Source of the DNA: Cystobasidiomycetes sp. EMM_F5
Lineage: Eukaryota
NCBI GenBank assembly: GCA_051047955.1
Contig: JBPGPT010000024.1
Span: 62,001-126,000 of the forward strand
Direction: 5' to 3'
Length of the DNA stretch: 64,000 nt
Shown: piece after piece, positions 28,550 through 41,572 of the stretch
Layout of the letters: every line of letters starts with the position of its first letter
Position numbering within the stretch: the first letter of the stretch is position 1
Translations under genes and position numbers: made by a program
Notes under the pieces: model-generated
What the model was told of the DNA's origin: nothing
Database searches by the model: none
Seen by the model: the letters and a program-made list of their open reading frames with translations, nothing else

Positions 28550-30622
28550 ATGTCTCCGTCGCGTACGTAATACGACAGCCATCTGGGATACAAGCTCTGA
28601 GGCTAACTCGAGCATCCTGCATCGTCAACAGCCGAAGCTATCGCCATTTCGGACCCGCTGGCGATTGTTGCTGATCTCTACGCGCAGAATCAGAAGCAGG
28701 CGCGCGGAACCACGAGCGAGGTCGATAATTTCTTCTACACCGTCTCGCAGCATTTCCAGACCGTGCTGCGGGATCATGTTGATGATGTGAGCAGAGCAGA
28801 GCTGGCGGGCGAAAGGCCTATTTACGCGTCCTTTCAAGTGGAATTGGCGACGGAAGACACGATGAAAGACTGACTGACAGCGTATAATATGCACAGATTC
28901 CTATACTCGACAATGTCTCGGAACGCGGAAAGCTCGTTCGCTTTCGCTGCATGGTTCAGGATACTGGCATGGCAAACGAAGTCTACGTGCTAGACGTGGA
29001 CGAAAAGTCAAGCAAGCACGGCTCGCCGAGTCGATATGACGGAAGAGGGTGTTGCGCTTATTCCGAGGGCGCGGCGAGCGGTTCGCCCATCATCGGTGTC
29101 AGTATCTGGGCTCATACAGCGACCAAGTTCATCGCTGAAAATGCGTACATCTCCAGTACGATGCAGACAATCTTACCAACTTGTGCGAACGACAAGTCGT
29201 CTACGCGGTTAGCGTGCCCGGCGAGACATCATGGAGCAGAAAATCGCATACTCGCCGGAGATCGTCGATAAGCAATGCAGTCGAAGGTATTACTCGGAGC
29301 TTACAACAAAGCAATATCACTTCAAATGGTACAACACCAGCCATTACTTCTCATCTCGCGTACAAGTACCCATTCCCAGCAGAGAAACATACCGGAGCTA
29401 TCATCAAGCTCTATCCATATTCAGCGACAGCTATCCCCGCAAAGGACGCAAAGGTCGACAAGCCTGCATCAACTGGCGGCACATCTAGTCTAAAAGCTAC
29501 AGAAATAGTCGAATTTGTCGGAATTCTCGACTATTCGCATCTGCCTGCCGAGGATCACGAGGCAATTCCAACTACACCCGCTCAGCCGGTGAAGACTCTG
29601 CATGCGATTTGCAGTATACCCGCACCCGTAGACAACGAAGACATCGACAAAGACGCAACGGTCACGCGTGAGGCATTGGTCAATTACATTGCGACAGGCC
29701 TGGAAGGGGATCTGCAAGCTGCAGAATTCCTGCTGCTTGCTCTACTAGGCAGAGTGTGAGTTCTATATAGCCTGTCATTGATCTGACACTTACACATGTC
29801 GATTGTAGTAACGCTCGTCGGGGGTCCATCACACTAGGCCATATGCCTATGAACCTTGTTCTTCCAGCTTCTTCACCGCTGTCTACTGTGAAAACCTTAG
29901 CGGATGTTTTATCAACTCTGGTAGCTCGCCTCGTGACGCTCGACCTCTCTATACCTGCACTCAATGCCAGTCGATATGCTCCAACATCGCAGAATGAGGA
30001 CCTGCATTCGGGCTGCCTTCAACTACCGGCTGGGACATGCGTGCTTGTCGATGAGACGCGGCTTGGCGAAGGGACACTCAAAGATGCTGGAGTACGAAAC
30101 ATTCAAGCTCTCACGAACGTACTACAGAATCAGACACTTCAGTATAATTTCCCATTTTCCAGCTTTACGTTTGAGACGGATCTCAAACTGATTGTCATCA
30201 GCTGCGGCAAGAGCTTGTTGCCGGTGAGTTTGTATAGGAAACGCGTGAACGCAGCATCAGAACATTGCCTGACGTAGCGTTTTCTAACATGGTAGGTCGA
30301 GTGCGTCATACAGGTGCAGCCTGGCACAACCCAATCAACCATTCAAACTTCACCCGAGCAAATGCAGTCTTTCCGGCAACTATTGTCATTCGAGCGCACC
30401 CAGACCTTTTCAATACCAGAAAAGACATCAGAATACATTCAGGCGGATTTCGTAAAGACAAGACAGGCCGATGCGAAAGCAGTCTCGCAAGAGGATCTGG
30501 TCAGGCGGATGACATTGGCTCGTTTGCTGGCAGTTTCGCTGGGCGAGAAGGAGCTGACGGAAGTTCTGTGGGATCAAACAAGACAGTTGGATGAAGCTCG
30601 TCAGTCGAGATTGGGTTTGTAG
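28550..30622 (+). CDS. Mini-chromosome maintenance complex-binding protein (MCMBP/Mcb1-like)
   Basis: LVRFRCMVQDTG, YAVSVPGETSW, IIKLY, EFVGILD, GDLQAAEFLLLALL, EDLHSGCLQLP, VLVDETRLGEGTL, LQYNFPF, IQADFV. Confidence 0.88.
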
Positions 30623-30778
30623 GGTGTGCGGGGAAGGGCTGTCCTGTTGTCTAATACGTGTAATGTTTTGCATTGAAAGCTGGCTATTCGGGCACTGCGG
30701 CGGTGTCATCCAAGTTGGACTTTGTTCGATATTACTGCGCTGCGCTGAGCAGCTGTTGCGTCTGCGTGGCCTGCCAAC

Positions 30779-32498
30779 ATGGACGCCGCTCTGATGGCCC
30801 AGATCCAGAAGGGTGCGCTGCATCGTTCAGAGCCATGACGGGCTGGCCGAGCTGAAGTAAATTAACCAATTTCCAGGCAAAGGATTGAAGAAAGCTCAGA
30901 CTAACGACAGGTGGGCACTTGTGTTGGCCGTGTAGAGGTATTGCCGCTGATTGCGACTGTGGTCTTGTTGTTCAGATCCGCCCCCATCGTCGACAACAGT
31001 ATGTCATAGGAATGGCTCCACTCAAGACAATTAATCACAAGCGGGACGCTTATTGACTTCATCGTATCCTACAGAACCCAGCGGAGGGGGTGGTGGTGGC
31101 TTCCCTGGCGCTCCTGCTCCGCCTGGGGGTGCGAGAGGTGGTGCTTCAGCTCCATCAGCAGATGCTGTTTCCGCAATGGCAGCGGCACCCCAGCTTGGAG
31201 GCTTATTTGCTGGAGGAATGCCAAAGCTCAAGAGCTCCGCTGGTGGTGTAAAAACGGGTGGGCAGACTCTATAATGGCGAGGCAATGAACAGCACCTTCT
31301 GACGTCAAACGTGAAATGCGCGCTACGTTCACCTCTGCTCGTCGATATGCGCGATACAGGACGTACGTCAGCTTCTCAAGCCGCTGCTTCTCCGCCTGTA
31401 CGCGCCGCGCCTGCAGCGGTCGCACCACCACGTCCACCCGTACCTCCACCCGGCACCATCAGCAGACCCGCAGCTCCAGCGCCTCCGGCACCTCCAGTTC
31501 CAGGATCCAGTGCACCAAGACGTGCTCCTCCACCTCCTACTAATGGCGCTCCCCTTGGCAAACCATCAGGCAGGCCACCTCCAGCTCCTCCCGTCCCCAC
31601 CGGTCCGCCAGCAGGATCAGCTCCTCCAAGACCTGCACCACCTCCGCCCTCTGTTGGTGCCGGATCGGCGCCTCGAGCTCCTCCACCTCCTCCACCTGGC
31701 GGCCCACCTCGAGCTCCGCCAATGCCGCCGTCGTCTGCAGTTTCGCCTCCGCCACGCCTACCACCAGCACCTCCTGCTTTGTCTGCTAGTACACATCGCG
31801 CTCCACCTCCTCCTCCAAGCAGATCAGCAGCTCCTGCCAGAGGTCCACCACCAGCAATACCAGGTAGACCAGGTGGCGGCGGCGGCAGTGTCAATTCCAG
31901 TCCGTCCAATTCGGACGTTGCGGCACCGCGAGCACCTCCAAGATTACCTGGACGAGCTGTCCCGCCTACACCTCCGAGAGCCACGCCTCCGCCTCCACCA
32001 ATGGCAGCTCCGTCTCCTCCTCCTTCGACATTACGGCCTAACCTTCCGCCTCGACTACCATCACGGCCCGAGTCTGAGGACTTTACGCCTCCGCCACCTG
32101 CACATCGTCTACCTCCCCCTCTTCCGCCCAGCTTGTCAAGCTCGACTTCAAGAGCCCCTCCTCCACCACCCGCACCGTCTAGAGCTCCAGCTGCTGCACC
32201 TCCAGCGCCTCCTCGAGCGCCCCCAGCAGCAGCATCGCGCTCGAATGGCTATTCATCAGATGAAGACGATGGTGCTCCTCCTCCTCCTCCGCCCCCTCCT
32301 CCGCCTGAGAGTAACAGACCTCCCTCGCCTCCGCCTACAATGTCCTCAACAACGCCCTCGGGTACAATCGTTCGCAAATTCCCGCAATCGGCACACTTTC
32401 CTGCTCCAAGGCCATACATGCGTACGCAAAAGAACTACCCAACAGGTAGAGACAGAGGAAGTAACTTCGATATCGCGCGCGTCATGTCGGCGTTCTGA
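30779..32498 (+). CDS. VRP1: Verprolin/WIP-like proline-rich actin regulator with WH2 domain
   Basis: Micro-exons give MDAALMAQIQKG|KGLKKAQTNDR|SAPIVD (WH2); QLGGLFAGGMPKLK; long polyproline tract; C-terminal FPAPRPY..K.YP.G. Confidence 0.88.
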
Positions 32499-32985
32499 GC
32501 GAAAACTAGCAGCACACTCGCAGGCAATCGACAATCAACAGACGTTGTACGCAACCTTGTATGTCTAGGGAAATTCGGCATCAGTGCAAGCCAAGCGCTG
32601 TATGCAATCAAGACAGATGCAGCAGTGGGAATGATGGGTTTGAAATGTTTCATATCGATTGATGTGGTCGGGCTCGAACGATGCTCAATGGATGAGATGA
32701 GAATCTCTCGTAGTCGTTGGCTAAAAAAACCTTCCTTTCTACCTAAGGGACAGCAGAGAATCGTAACAAATAACTTCATGGCTTGACACTGATGATCATC
32801 AAGCTCGAGGGTATCTTCTGCCTAAGTTTCCCTACACGCATCGTGAGAAGCTTTGAGTCGCCAATCGAAAATCGTGGGCTCAAGGGTGCCGAAGGGATGC
32901 AGCTCAGCCCTGGGATAGCAGATACAGATAAATGTACACTTCTCCACTTTCGGCTCGCGCAGCCATCCCAACTAGGCGATGACAT

Positions 32986-34614
32986 TCAACACGTATCAAA
33001 GAAGCTAGTGGCACTCGCTACGCAGCCGATTGTCCCAGCAAGACATGACGGAGCAGAGCAACCGAATTTGGTGCAGCATGTAGCTGCCTGGCCAAACCAA
33101 TCACTCGCAAGGCTGTAAGCTAGACATCCTATGTCCAGGCCCCATGCCCAGGGGTTTGAGGCTCCAAGGCCAAGTAGTACCGGGTCGATGATGCCTGCTT
33201 GGAAAGCTGCTTGCAAGGTACTTCCGGAGACTGGATCGGTTGTTTCGCCTGGATAACCTGCACATGCAGCTGGACCCACAACGCTCAAATGGCAGAAAAT
33301 GTCTGCTATGTTAAGAGTGGAAGTGATGAAGTTGTAGTTGTACAATTGAGTCCCCAAAAATTGCTGTACTGCCTCGTTTGTCACGATTGGGGAATTCTTG
33401 AAGGATTGCGAGACAGTATAGGTAAGACCAGCTTCGGCATAAATCGTTTTCGGAATATTTGGCAGGTATGCACTGATGAAAGAGGACCAGGTGCACATGC
33501 CCGATATGGCCAAGTCGAGTACTTTGAGCGTCACTGTTAGATAATCCACTCTGCAACTATCCAATTGCCTGGCATTTGCGCTCGGATGCAGTGGTGATGA
33601 CCATAAGTGTCGGTCGGATTTGGCTGTGAGTTCTGAATCCAAGTCGTGCTCCGCCTTCAGGTCTTCCAAAGCAACTCCGGCAAGACTCAGATAGTATTCC
33701 ATGTCGAATTGCCAGGCGGCGCGTCTCGCAGGCCCTCGCAATGTGCTCAGCCATCTTAGATCGCGTTCCTTGACGGTTCGGATAAAATGAATGGGAGTAA
33801 GCGAGTTGCTGGGATGGTCATCGTATGGCGCAGGTTTCATTTCGCTCCTACGTCGGGCGAGTCTGATTTGGGTCTGGCTGAGCTTGATGCCGAGGTACGG
33901 ATTAGCGTTCTTGAGGGCTACAATATGCATCAGTGATTCTGCCATCTCATAGCCGCCAGTCAACGCCATCTTCAAGAAATATGTGGCCTGCACGTATGGC
34001 TGGGATAGCGAACGGTTTGCAATGATGTACGAGACAGCATTATGGACACCCAAGACTTCGCTTCCCGGATCGGGAACAGTAGTAAAGTAGCTGGCAGCGT
34101 ACGCATAGGCTCCAGAGGGTATCCATGTCAGGCTATCGTTCCGTATTTGATCACGAATAGCTGTTGCGCTGGCGTTGGTATACGATACAAGCTGATCCAT
34201 CGCGTTGTCGCTGGCATTCCAAGCTTGCGTACAAGTGAGGTTTCCCATGCACGCAATGTACATCAACGAGGCGCTAGCTGTTGTTATGTTGGGTAACAAA
34301 GCTGTGAAATTCGTCCGACCGTAACCATAGAACGGCACGCGAGTGTACATATATGAGTAGACGGTGGGTAGAGCCGAATGATTTGCGATGCGGATAGTAT
34401 AGTTGTACGGGATCGCAGTCAAGGTTTTATCCGTGCAATTGGTATGTATTGCGGGGCCCCGAAGACAGCTAATGCCAGAAACAGCTTGCAACCACCACAC
34501 GTAAGTTCGAAGAATTGTCGACAGGAGGGCTACAGCCAAGGAATAAATATAAGTATCGTTACTGCTTAGAACGCTTGTAGTTTCCGCAGACTCACCGGTG
34601 CCATTAGTAGACAT
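32986..34614 (-). CDS. Orphan secreted, N-glycosylated, Cys-rich protein
   Basis: 556-codon open frame. Removing in-frame intron 34595-34530 (GTGAGT...CTGTAG) gives signal-peptide-like MSTNGTALLSTILRTYVWWLQAVSG. Ten N-X-S/T sequons in the N-half, an RLARRR site and 11 Cys in the C-terminal domain. Confidence 0.75.
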   Translation of the reverse strand: MSTNGTGESAETTSVLSSNDTYIYSLAVALLSTILRTYVWWLQAVSGISCLRGPAIHTNCTDKTLTAIPYNYTIRIANHSALPTVYSYMYTRVPFYGYGRTNFTALLPNITTASASLMYIACMGNLTCTQAWNASDNAMDQLVSYTNASATAIRDQIRNDSLTWIPSGAYAYAASYFTTVPDPGSEVLGVHNAVSYIIANRSLSQPYVQATYFLKMALTGGYEMAESLMHIVALKNANPYLGIKLSQTQIRLARRRSEMKPAPYDDHPSNSLTPIHFIRTVKERDLRWLSTLRGPARRAAWQFDMEYYLSLAGVALEDLKAEHDLDSELTAKSDRHLWSSPLHPSANARQLDSCRVDYLTVTLKVLDLAISGMCTWSSFISAYLPNIPKTIYAEAGLTYTVSQSFKNSPIVTNEAVQQFLGTQLYNYNFITSTLNIADIFCHLSVVGPAACAGYPGETTDPVSGSTLQAAFQAGIIDPVLLGLGASNPWAWGLDIGCLAYSLASDWFGQAATCCTKFGCSAPSCLAGTIGCVASATSFFDTC

Positions 34615-36285
34615 TCTGATCAGGATCCCAGAGACAATGTGGCGGGGAAAAAACAAAGCTCGTCTTACCCAGGAAAGCGAATCTGCTGGCAGTGCCCGAA
34701 GGTACTTAGTCCATTATAGCTGAGCGAACACATCAAAAGAAGCAGCTCAATCTTGGAGTTTGATTTACTTCAGCTTTGTACCTTGCTTATCCAGCTCTGG
34801 CTGAACCAGCTGTACGGGCTACCGATATTTATGTAAAGGTTGAAATAGTCTTGCAGCTGAATCCTCAGATACAAGTGCAGATGCTTTCGAGCAATCTGCT
34901 AGACGGACGTCGTGTTAAGCAGCGGTGCGGCGGGGAAGAAGCAACAGCTCTCCATGCAGGAAGAGAATGTACATTTCTCCGCCTGTGGTCTCGCCCCGTT
35001 ATATTTGGGCGTAGCCTATCGTGATACAGTGCTTTATCCGCATGGTATTGCGGCAGGCTGTTGAAACCTTCTATTCTACCCACCGTGCCGGAAGCAGATA
35101 CGCGGCGGGCTGAATTGATCACGTGTTGAGACTTTCCCCGTGGGGTGGGGTAGCCAACGCCCACCGCGTCGAGTCGTGGTCAGTCGCCAGCCAATGCCAA
35201 TGCAGGTGTCGCTGATTTAACGATGCGGTCAAGATCTCATAGTAGTGCCATAACTAGCGCTAGGGATATACTGCATTCAAGCACGGATGCGACATCTCGT
35301 TCCCACGAAATTGCGGATCGATGCCAGCGCGGAACTTGACCGACATGACGGGACTGTCGCGAGAGGGGCACTCCATAAGCATGACGGGTGTGATGCGCTC
35401 CAGGCGGAGATGTCTGATCCTAATGGTATTTGCCGGAAGTCTACCTGGCTAACCTACGACACTCTGCTCAGAGCTGGAGCGAAGCCAAAGGTCTTGAACG
35501 CGGCACAATCGTTGGCAGTCATGTTCCTATTCAAGACGCCCCGATTCTGGGTATGGCCCACTGTGGTTATCGTCGCAGTCACTACAAATCGGCCAGCTCA
35601 AGCTCGCCTTTTGCAGCGACGAGGTAGCGGACCATGCGCAGCCGTGCAATGTCCAGAAGTTCCTATAACTAGTGGATTTGCGTATGCGCCAACTTTCCTG
35701 GAGTGAGTTTGCCGGATTGCACTGCTTCGTAGGCATAGGTCGCTGATCGTGTAAGTAATATGGACGTCGTCAGTCAGTGTGGTGCAGGCAAGTACAGTGA
35801 CAATGTCCGCCAAGTCTTTGCGTGTTGACATGGTCGATTGACAGTCGGTAGCAACACATACTGCCACTGCAATGCTGGAGCCGTCTATGTGCACGAATGC
35901 CAGGTGTGTACTGCGGCCGCTCAACGTACGGAGCCTCCATTGTTGAGTGTGCTCTAAAATCACACCCCAGAACTGCCAGCAGAGGAGCAAAAGGCCAAAA
36001 ACTGTCTGTTGCGGAGATAATCCAGCGTCCGACCAGTACAAGGCGGACTGCGCGAGTCCGGCGTAGGGACTCCAATTCGGGGAAGCAACAGTATGGATCA
36101 GCAGTCATCATAGCAGCATCAGCAGTAATCAGTCATCGTTAGCGAGATCAGCCTGCATATTTTCGACGTGACTATATACTATAGCCCCATCTTGCCTCGC
36201 CAGCGACACTCAGCATGACGCATTAGCCGCACCAGCACCACACGCCCGTCAGCCTCGACACTCACACTCATTGACTACCGATGCC

Positions 36286-39200
36286 ATGGACACGCAGCCC
36301 TGGCTGGCCGAGCTGAGCGAGGAATGGGTCGACCAGGAAAACAACAACATCAGCAACAACAACAATAATGATGATGGGAGAGCTGCAGTACAACACGGCT
36401 CGGGCAAGTCAGTTATGGACTTTGGCAGCATCGTAGTGAGAGACCAGCCCCCGTTTGGTAGCGCTTCGCCGTCAGAGTCGTCGCAAATCGTCTACGGCAC
36501 AACCGTCGTCCGCGAGACTGACAATGGTCCAGATAGAAAGCAAGCCGCTCAAGCTGCGGGAAAGAGCCAGCTCGCCTGGGCCATATCCGCTATCGCTGGC
36601 AAGGGCGACCTGCTCGCAGAGTCTACGCCAAAGACGCCAAACCGCTTGCAGGCCTTGTTTATGGGAATTCAGACGCCGCCCAGTCCTGCGCCTCGCAAGA
36701 CTCCCTTGAATGCCAGTGTTACAGGCGAGTCCTCGTCTATTGATACCTTGGATGCAGCTGCGACTATCGCGCTGCCCGCGTCTCCGAGCGAGAGCACGTC
36801 TATTATCGAACGCAGAGACGACTCTAGTGAACCTTCCATACAGGCGTTTAGTCTATTGGCAGAGGGTGTCAATGGTCACGACGTACTGCAAGAGCCGACT
36901 GAGGGAGATCTAATCCTCTTCAGCCTAGCTCAAGATCAGCAGCCAAATCTACCAGAACTGTCAACAATACAAGAAGAACCCGAAACAGAGCGCGAAGACG
37001 ACGCATTGGTCCCCGATTTAAGAGCGGATCCTGAAGCGGAGCTAATCGAAAAAGGCAACGCCGCAGTAGAGCACTTGCAGGATTGTGAGTCGCCATCGCT
37101 CTCCAACCGCATGCGCTGACTGGTGTATACAGTAGACGCCCATTCAGACCATAATCGCCCAGCAGAACTTACACACACCATACAACCGCCCACCAGCGAC
37201 TTTTCATTCCATATCGAAAAGACGAAGCGACAGTCGTGGAGAGCGCATCTCCCACCACCGACTCCACCTCCGGCGCTCGACACTGACGCACTTCGCACTT
37301 CTACCCCAACAGGAGTTGCTGTTCGCACAGCATTAACAGCGTCTCAAGCAGCTCCTGCTGCGTTTGCACGCACTCCCTCCCGACTCGCAGCTGCTGTTTC
37401 TATGGCTGCCTCGACAACGGTTCCAGACACTGGTAAACAAGCATCTCCTGCTCTTGGAATCTTCAAATTTCACCACGATACCCCAACTCGAAGGCATTTG
37501 GAAGCATTGGTGCATGAGATTGATGCTCTGCAGAGTCCACCGCAGTCTGTCGACTCTTCGCGGATCGACAAGCAGAAGGATGCCGTATGGCTCGAACATT
37601 TGCAGGAACTGCGGGCATCACGGACTTCTGCAGATCTTCATCGTTCAGCCCCCGGCATTCGATATGCACTGCATCAGAATACTTTTCTCCATCACCAGTA
37701 CGCTGACGAGAATGACGACGTGTACATGGATGAAGATGGCCGCTTATCGAGTACGCGAAGCGCGAAAAGAGTACGGCTGAGCATGAGCGCTGCCTATCCT
37801 CCTTCACCACGGGATGCCATTCTACAGAATACAAACACTCGAGCTACGCCTTACTTGCATAAACGGCCATATCGACTTGCTCAATCTGCGCGGAGGCCGT
37901 TGGCCGCCTCAGCTACGCCTGCATTTGTTCCGAGGACGACCACTCCCCTTCGTCCACCGCTTCGATCACTCCCATCTATGACGATGCCTTTCAACCGCCA
38001 TCTCCGCTCGTCTGCTGCCAATGTGCCGCAGCTAGCCACTCCGCACTATAATCCGCCTTCAAGATATAGCACAACGTCTCCTGCTGTCTCCCTGACTCTG
38101 GCAGAGACGCCACAACCCGAACGTCAGTCTAACAGGAACGAGTCGACTCTGCAGTACGATACAACTCTGCCAGTCACTCCGCAAGCTCCCGTCCCTGTCT
38201 CACCGGCCGTGACGGCTATACGAAATCGAGTCGAAGATGCTCGAGCATTGATGGACCGCATTCGAATAAGACAGGCTTCTGCTGCTCAAACATCAGGCCG
38301 CGTATTGGCGGAGCAGGCGGGGCCGAATCCGCCTGTTCGATTCTCGAATCCCGCTCCTGCTGCGGCTTCGTTATCCCCTGATGAGCCAGGCGACTCTCGT
38401 TCTACCTCTGCTGCTCTACGCACGCCGTTGATCGTCGCGCCAGCTGAAAGTACTATCGTTGTCCCTCAAGCGCATGGCAGAAGGGCTCCAGTAATGAGCG
38501 CTGCTCTGCCGAAAGGTCCGAGTAGCTTATCGCTTCCTCAGCAACCTCAAAGGCCATCCTCATCGTCATATGCATCTTCAAGTCGCTTCCATGCTTCTAC
38601 GAGTACGAGAATCACCTCCGGCTCCACTGCGGCTACCAGTGTCGTCATGCAAGCCCAAAGTGCTGAAGAGCAACGCCAGACACTCGTTTCCGGCATGGTG
38701 CAAATTACTCCCGATGTCGCTAAAGGTATGCTCACCCGAGATATGCTTGGTGATATGGATTATGACGATGTACACAATCGTTGGAAGAGACTGGCACCTC
38801 AGCCTGCTGGTGCTGTCACGCAACCATACCTCAGCGTAATCCCTGAGATCAGTCCGATGCTCGGTGACCATAGTGATGATGATCCATTCAGGGATATCTC
38901 CAGCATGGAACGCAGCAAGACGCAGAGCGCCATCATCGCTCCGATGCAGCTGCAGAGTATCAATACCATACCTAAGCAGGTGGCTGATCGCAGTGCTGCA
39001 CCGACGGAAAAGACGTCAACGCCTCCGCTGACAGCTTCAGCTGGCCCTCCGCTTGTTTCACCTGATCTTCCGATAATTGCACAAACACGAAAGTCGAGCG
39101 ACAACAGCGCACTAGACTCCGATAATGTACAGCCGTCAGCGCCGCCTCCTCCGCGCTCGGCCCTTAAACGCGTAGACAGCTTCTGCACTCCGCTCGTCAG

Positions 39201-41479
39201 CTCGCGTATAGTCCCGGCTGATCGCACTAAGCTAGGACGGAGTGTTAGCTTTTCCGATGGGCGCAAAACTGGCAAGATCGCGCCACCAATGGAGAGGTTC
39301 AAGACAGCTCCTCCTGCCAGCGCTTTACGATACGAAGTCCACGACATGGCACAAAGCACGGACGACTCTGAGCGAGAAGATGCATCGGGTATAGAAGCGG
39401 ATGACGATGGAGGGCACGAGAGTACGAATCCGCTCAATCCGTCTGGTTTACCGATAACATTTACTCTTCTCAAATCTCGTGCGGTGACTTCACCAAATTG
39501 TACTGGCCAAGCGACGCTGCGCTGTCCGCCCAATACAGACTATGCTGATGAGACTTCAAGTGAACAAAGTACACCGACTGGCGTGATGCATCTGCAAGGT
39601 CGCTCGCGGTCGATGCGTTTACGCTTGCGACAGCAGTCAGCTACGTCTTTCGCCAACTCTACGCTTGCATGGCACCGTCAGCCACTTCCAGCGAATGCTA
39701 CAATCTTGACAGAGTGCTCCTTTGCAGTCTCGCATGATCGATTGGTGCAAATCCTGACGGATGTCATGCCATTTGAGCCAGATTGGCAGAACATGACGCG
39801 TATCGACCTTAGCGGCAAAGGCGTAGACTCTGTAGTACGCCTAAAGGAGTTCCTGCCAAAATTGGACGATGCCATCTTGTAAGTCACTACAGCAAACGTT
39901 GAGCCTTCGCCCGTTGATTTTCCGCTTGCAGATCAAATAATGGACTCACCTACGTGACAGGCATATCTAGTTCTGTCCGCTCACTTGATGTGGCGCAGAA
40001 CAAGCTCAGCAACCTGACTTCCTTTGGACACCTACTTCATCTCGAGAGCTTGAATGTGTCAAACAACCCAGATCTGTCCGAAGTGCATCAGCTCTCATGC
40101 CTGCGCCATTTACGCATCTTTAAGGCTGACCATTGCGCAATCGGCGAGATTCAAGGCTTGCATGAGCTGGATGGCCTGATCCATGTCAGCCTACGTGGTA
40201 ATGCCTTACAAAGTATACATCTGGCACACACCAGCTGGCGACGAGTGGAAAGTCTGGACTTGGCGGAAAATCATTTGATTGAGGTTGCTGGCTTGTCAAG
40301 CCTGAACAGCCTCAAGGCTATTGACCTTGGTGCATTGAGGCACTACAAATTCGAGGAGTCTTAATACTGAGAATGTCGTCTCGTCAGATAATAATCGATT
40401 GACGACGCTAGAGATGGAGTCGGAAGCTGCACAACTTCGCATACTGCGAGTCTCGAGCAACAAGCTGACCAAGCTGGATTTATGCAACATGCCTCATCTT
40501 CGAACAGTCAGTCTACAGACGACTATCACATTTTCCACTTCTGACGAACAGTCCAGGTTTACGCGGATGATAACCGAATCAAAGAAGTTAAGGGAACGAG
40601 CGGGCTTCGGCACCTTGAGAATGTCAGTCTCAGAGATCAGAGACACTGTAAAATGTGGGAACATTCCAACGACATGCCTCCCTGTCAAGACTGATGTATC
40701 ACTTCCGACATAGAAGCCTAAATTGGCACGACCTCCGCGACATTCGTCGTCTGTACCTTAGCAGTAAGTGGTGACTAGGTTAGATGTCTTGATCAGGCTT
40801 ACTGACAATAATTCATTGCAGACAACACACTGCCTTCGATTTTCCCATCCGAGCAATTCCACAATCTGGTTCTGCTCGAACTTGCTGGATGTAGACTTAC
40901 TTCTCTACATCCGGATTTTGCGGCCCTTGCGCCAAATTGTCGAGTTTGTAAGCATGTCAGCACGTCACCGTGGTTAAGCATGCATTGATACTCGAAATAG
41001 TAAATCTCGATAACAACTTCATTCAAGACCTGACGCCCCTGGCTGGCATGTCGCGCTTGAAACGTCTGTCTGTACAAGGAGCACGACTGGAGCGTCTTAA
41101 ACCCCTGTTGGCATCGCTTGCGGAACTGAAAGAACTGGAGATGCTGGATGTCCGGTAAGTTTAGTTTCTGACTGCGAATACCGTGGCTGGCTGACACTTT
41201 ACTAGGATGAATCCATTGACATTGGGATTTTATCCTTTGCCGACCGCTGCCTCAACTGCTGTCTTGGAGACTGCGGTGTCGCCCACATATGCTGTCGAAG
41301 ACAAGCGATTCCGGTCTTCTCTTCCCAACGAATGGTTGGCGAAACGTAGTGCATATCGAGCGTTGGTGCTCGTGACGGGACCTTCGTTGAAGCTACTGGA
41401 TGGACTAAAAGTGGGCCAACGGCATCGAGAGCGAGCGCAGGAGCTGCTTGATTCGTATGCCAGTGCTACTACTATATGA
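36286..41479 (+). CDS. NUD1: Septation/mitotic-exit network scaffold, Nud1/Cdc11-like LRR protein
   Basis: N-terminal QPWLAELSEEW; intron 37085-37132 removes the stop between ORFs; LVQILTDVMPFEPDW, LKEFLPKL, tandem LRRs, DVR|MNPLTLGFYP, YRALV...LLDGL. Confidence 0.82.
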
Positions 41480-41572
41480 AGTGTTGTTTAGTTATCAGCA
41501 AAAGTCGTCAGTCTTGTCGTTGTACTCTTACGCTATATCTTCTTGTTGACTTCTCATCGTCTCTTCAAGCAT

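Noticed and set aside
31376..32568. Long alternative-frame and antisense ORFs over verprolin
   Set aside because: Artefacts of CCN-rich polyproline coding that lacks stop codons.
35527..36142. Possible small minus-strand gene upstream of NUD1 (protein-like fragments, splice-like signals)
   Set aside because: No consistent in-frame exon chain with canonical splice sites could be built.
37117..37119. In-frame TGA between ORFs 36271 and 37123
   Set aside because: It lies inside a canonical 48-nt intron 37085-37132 and is part of the CTGAC branch site.
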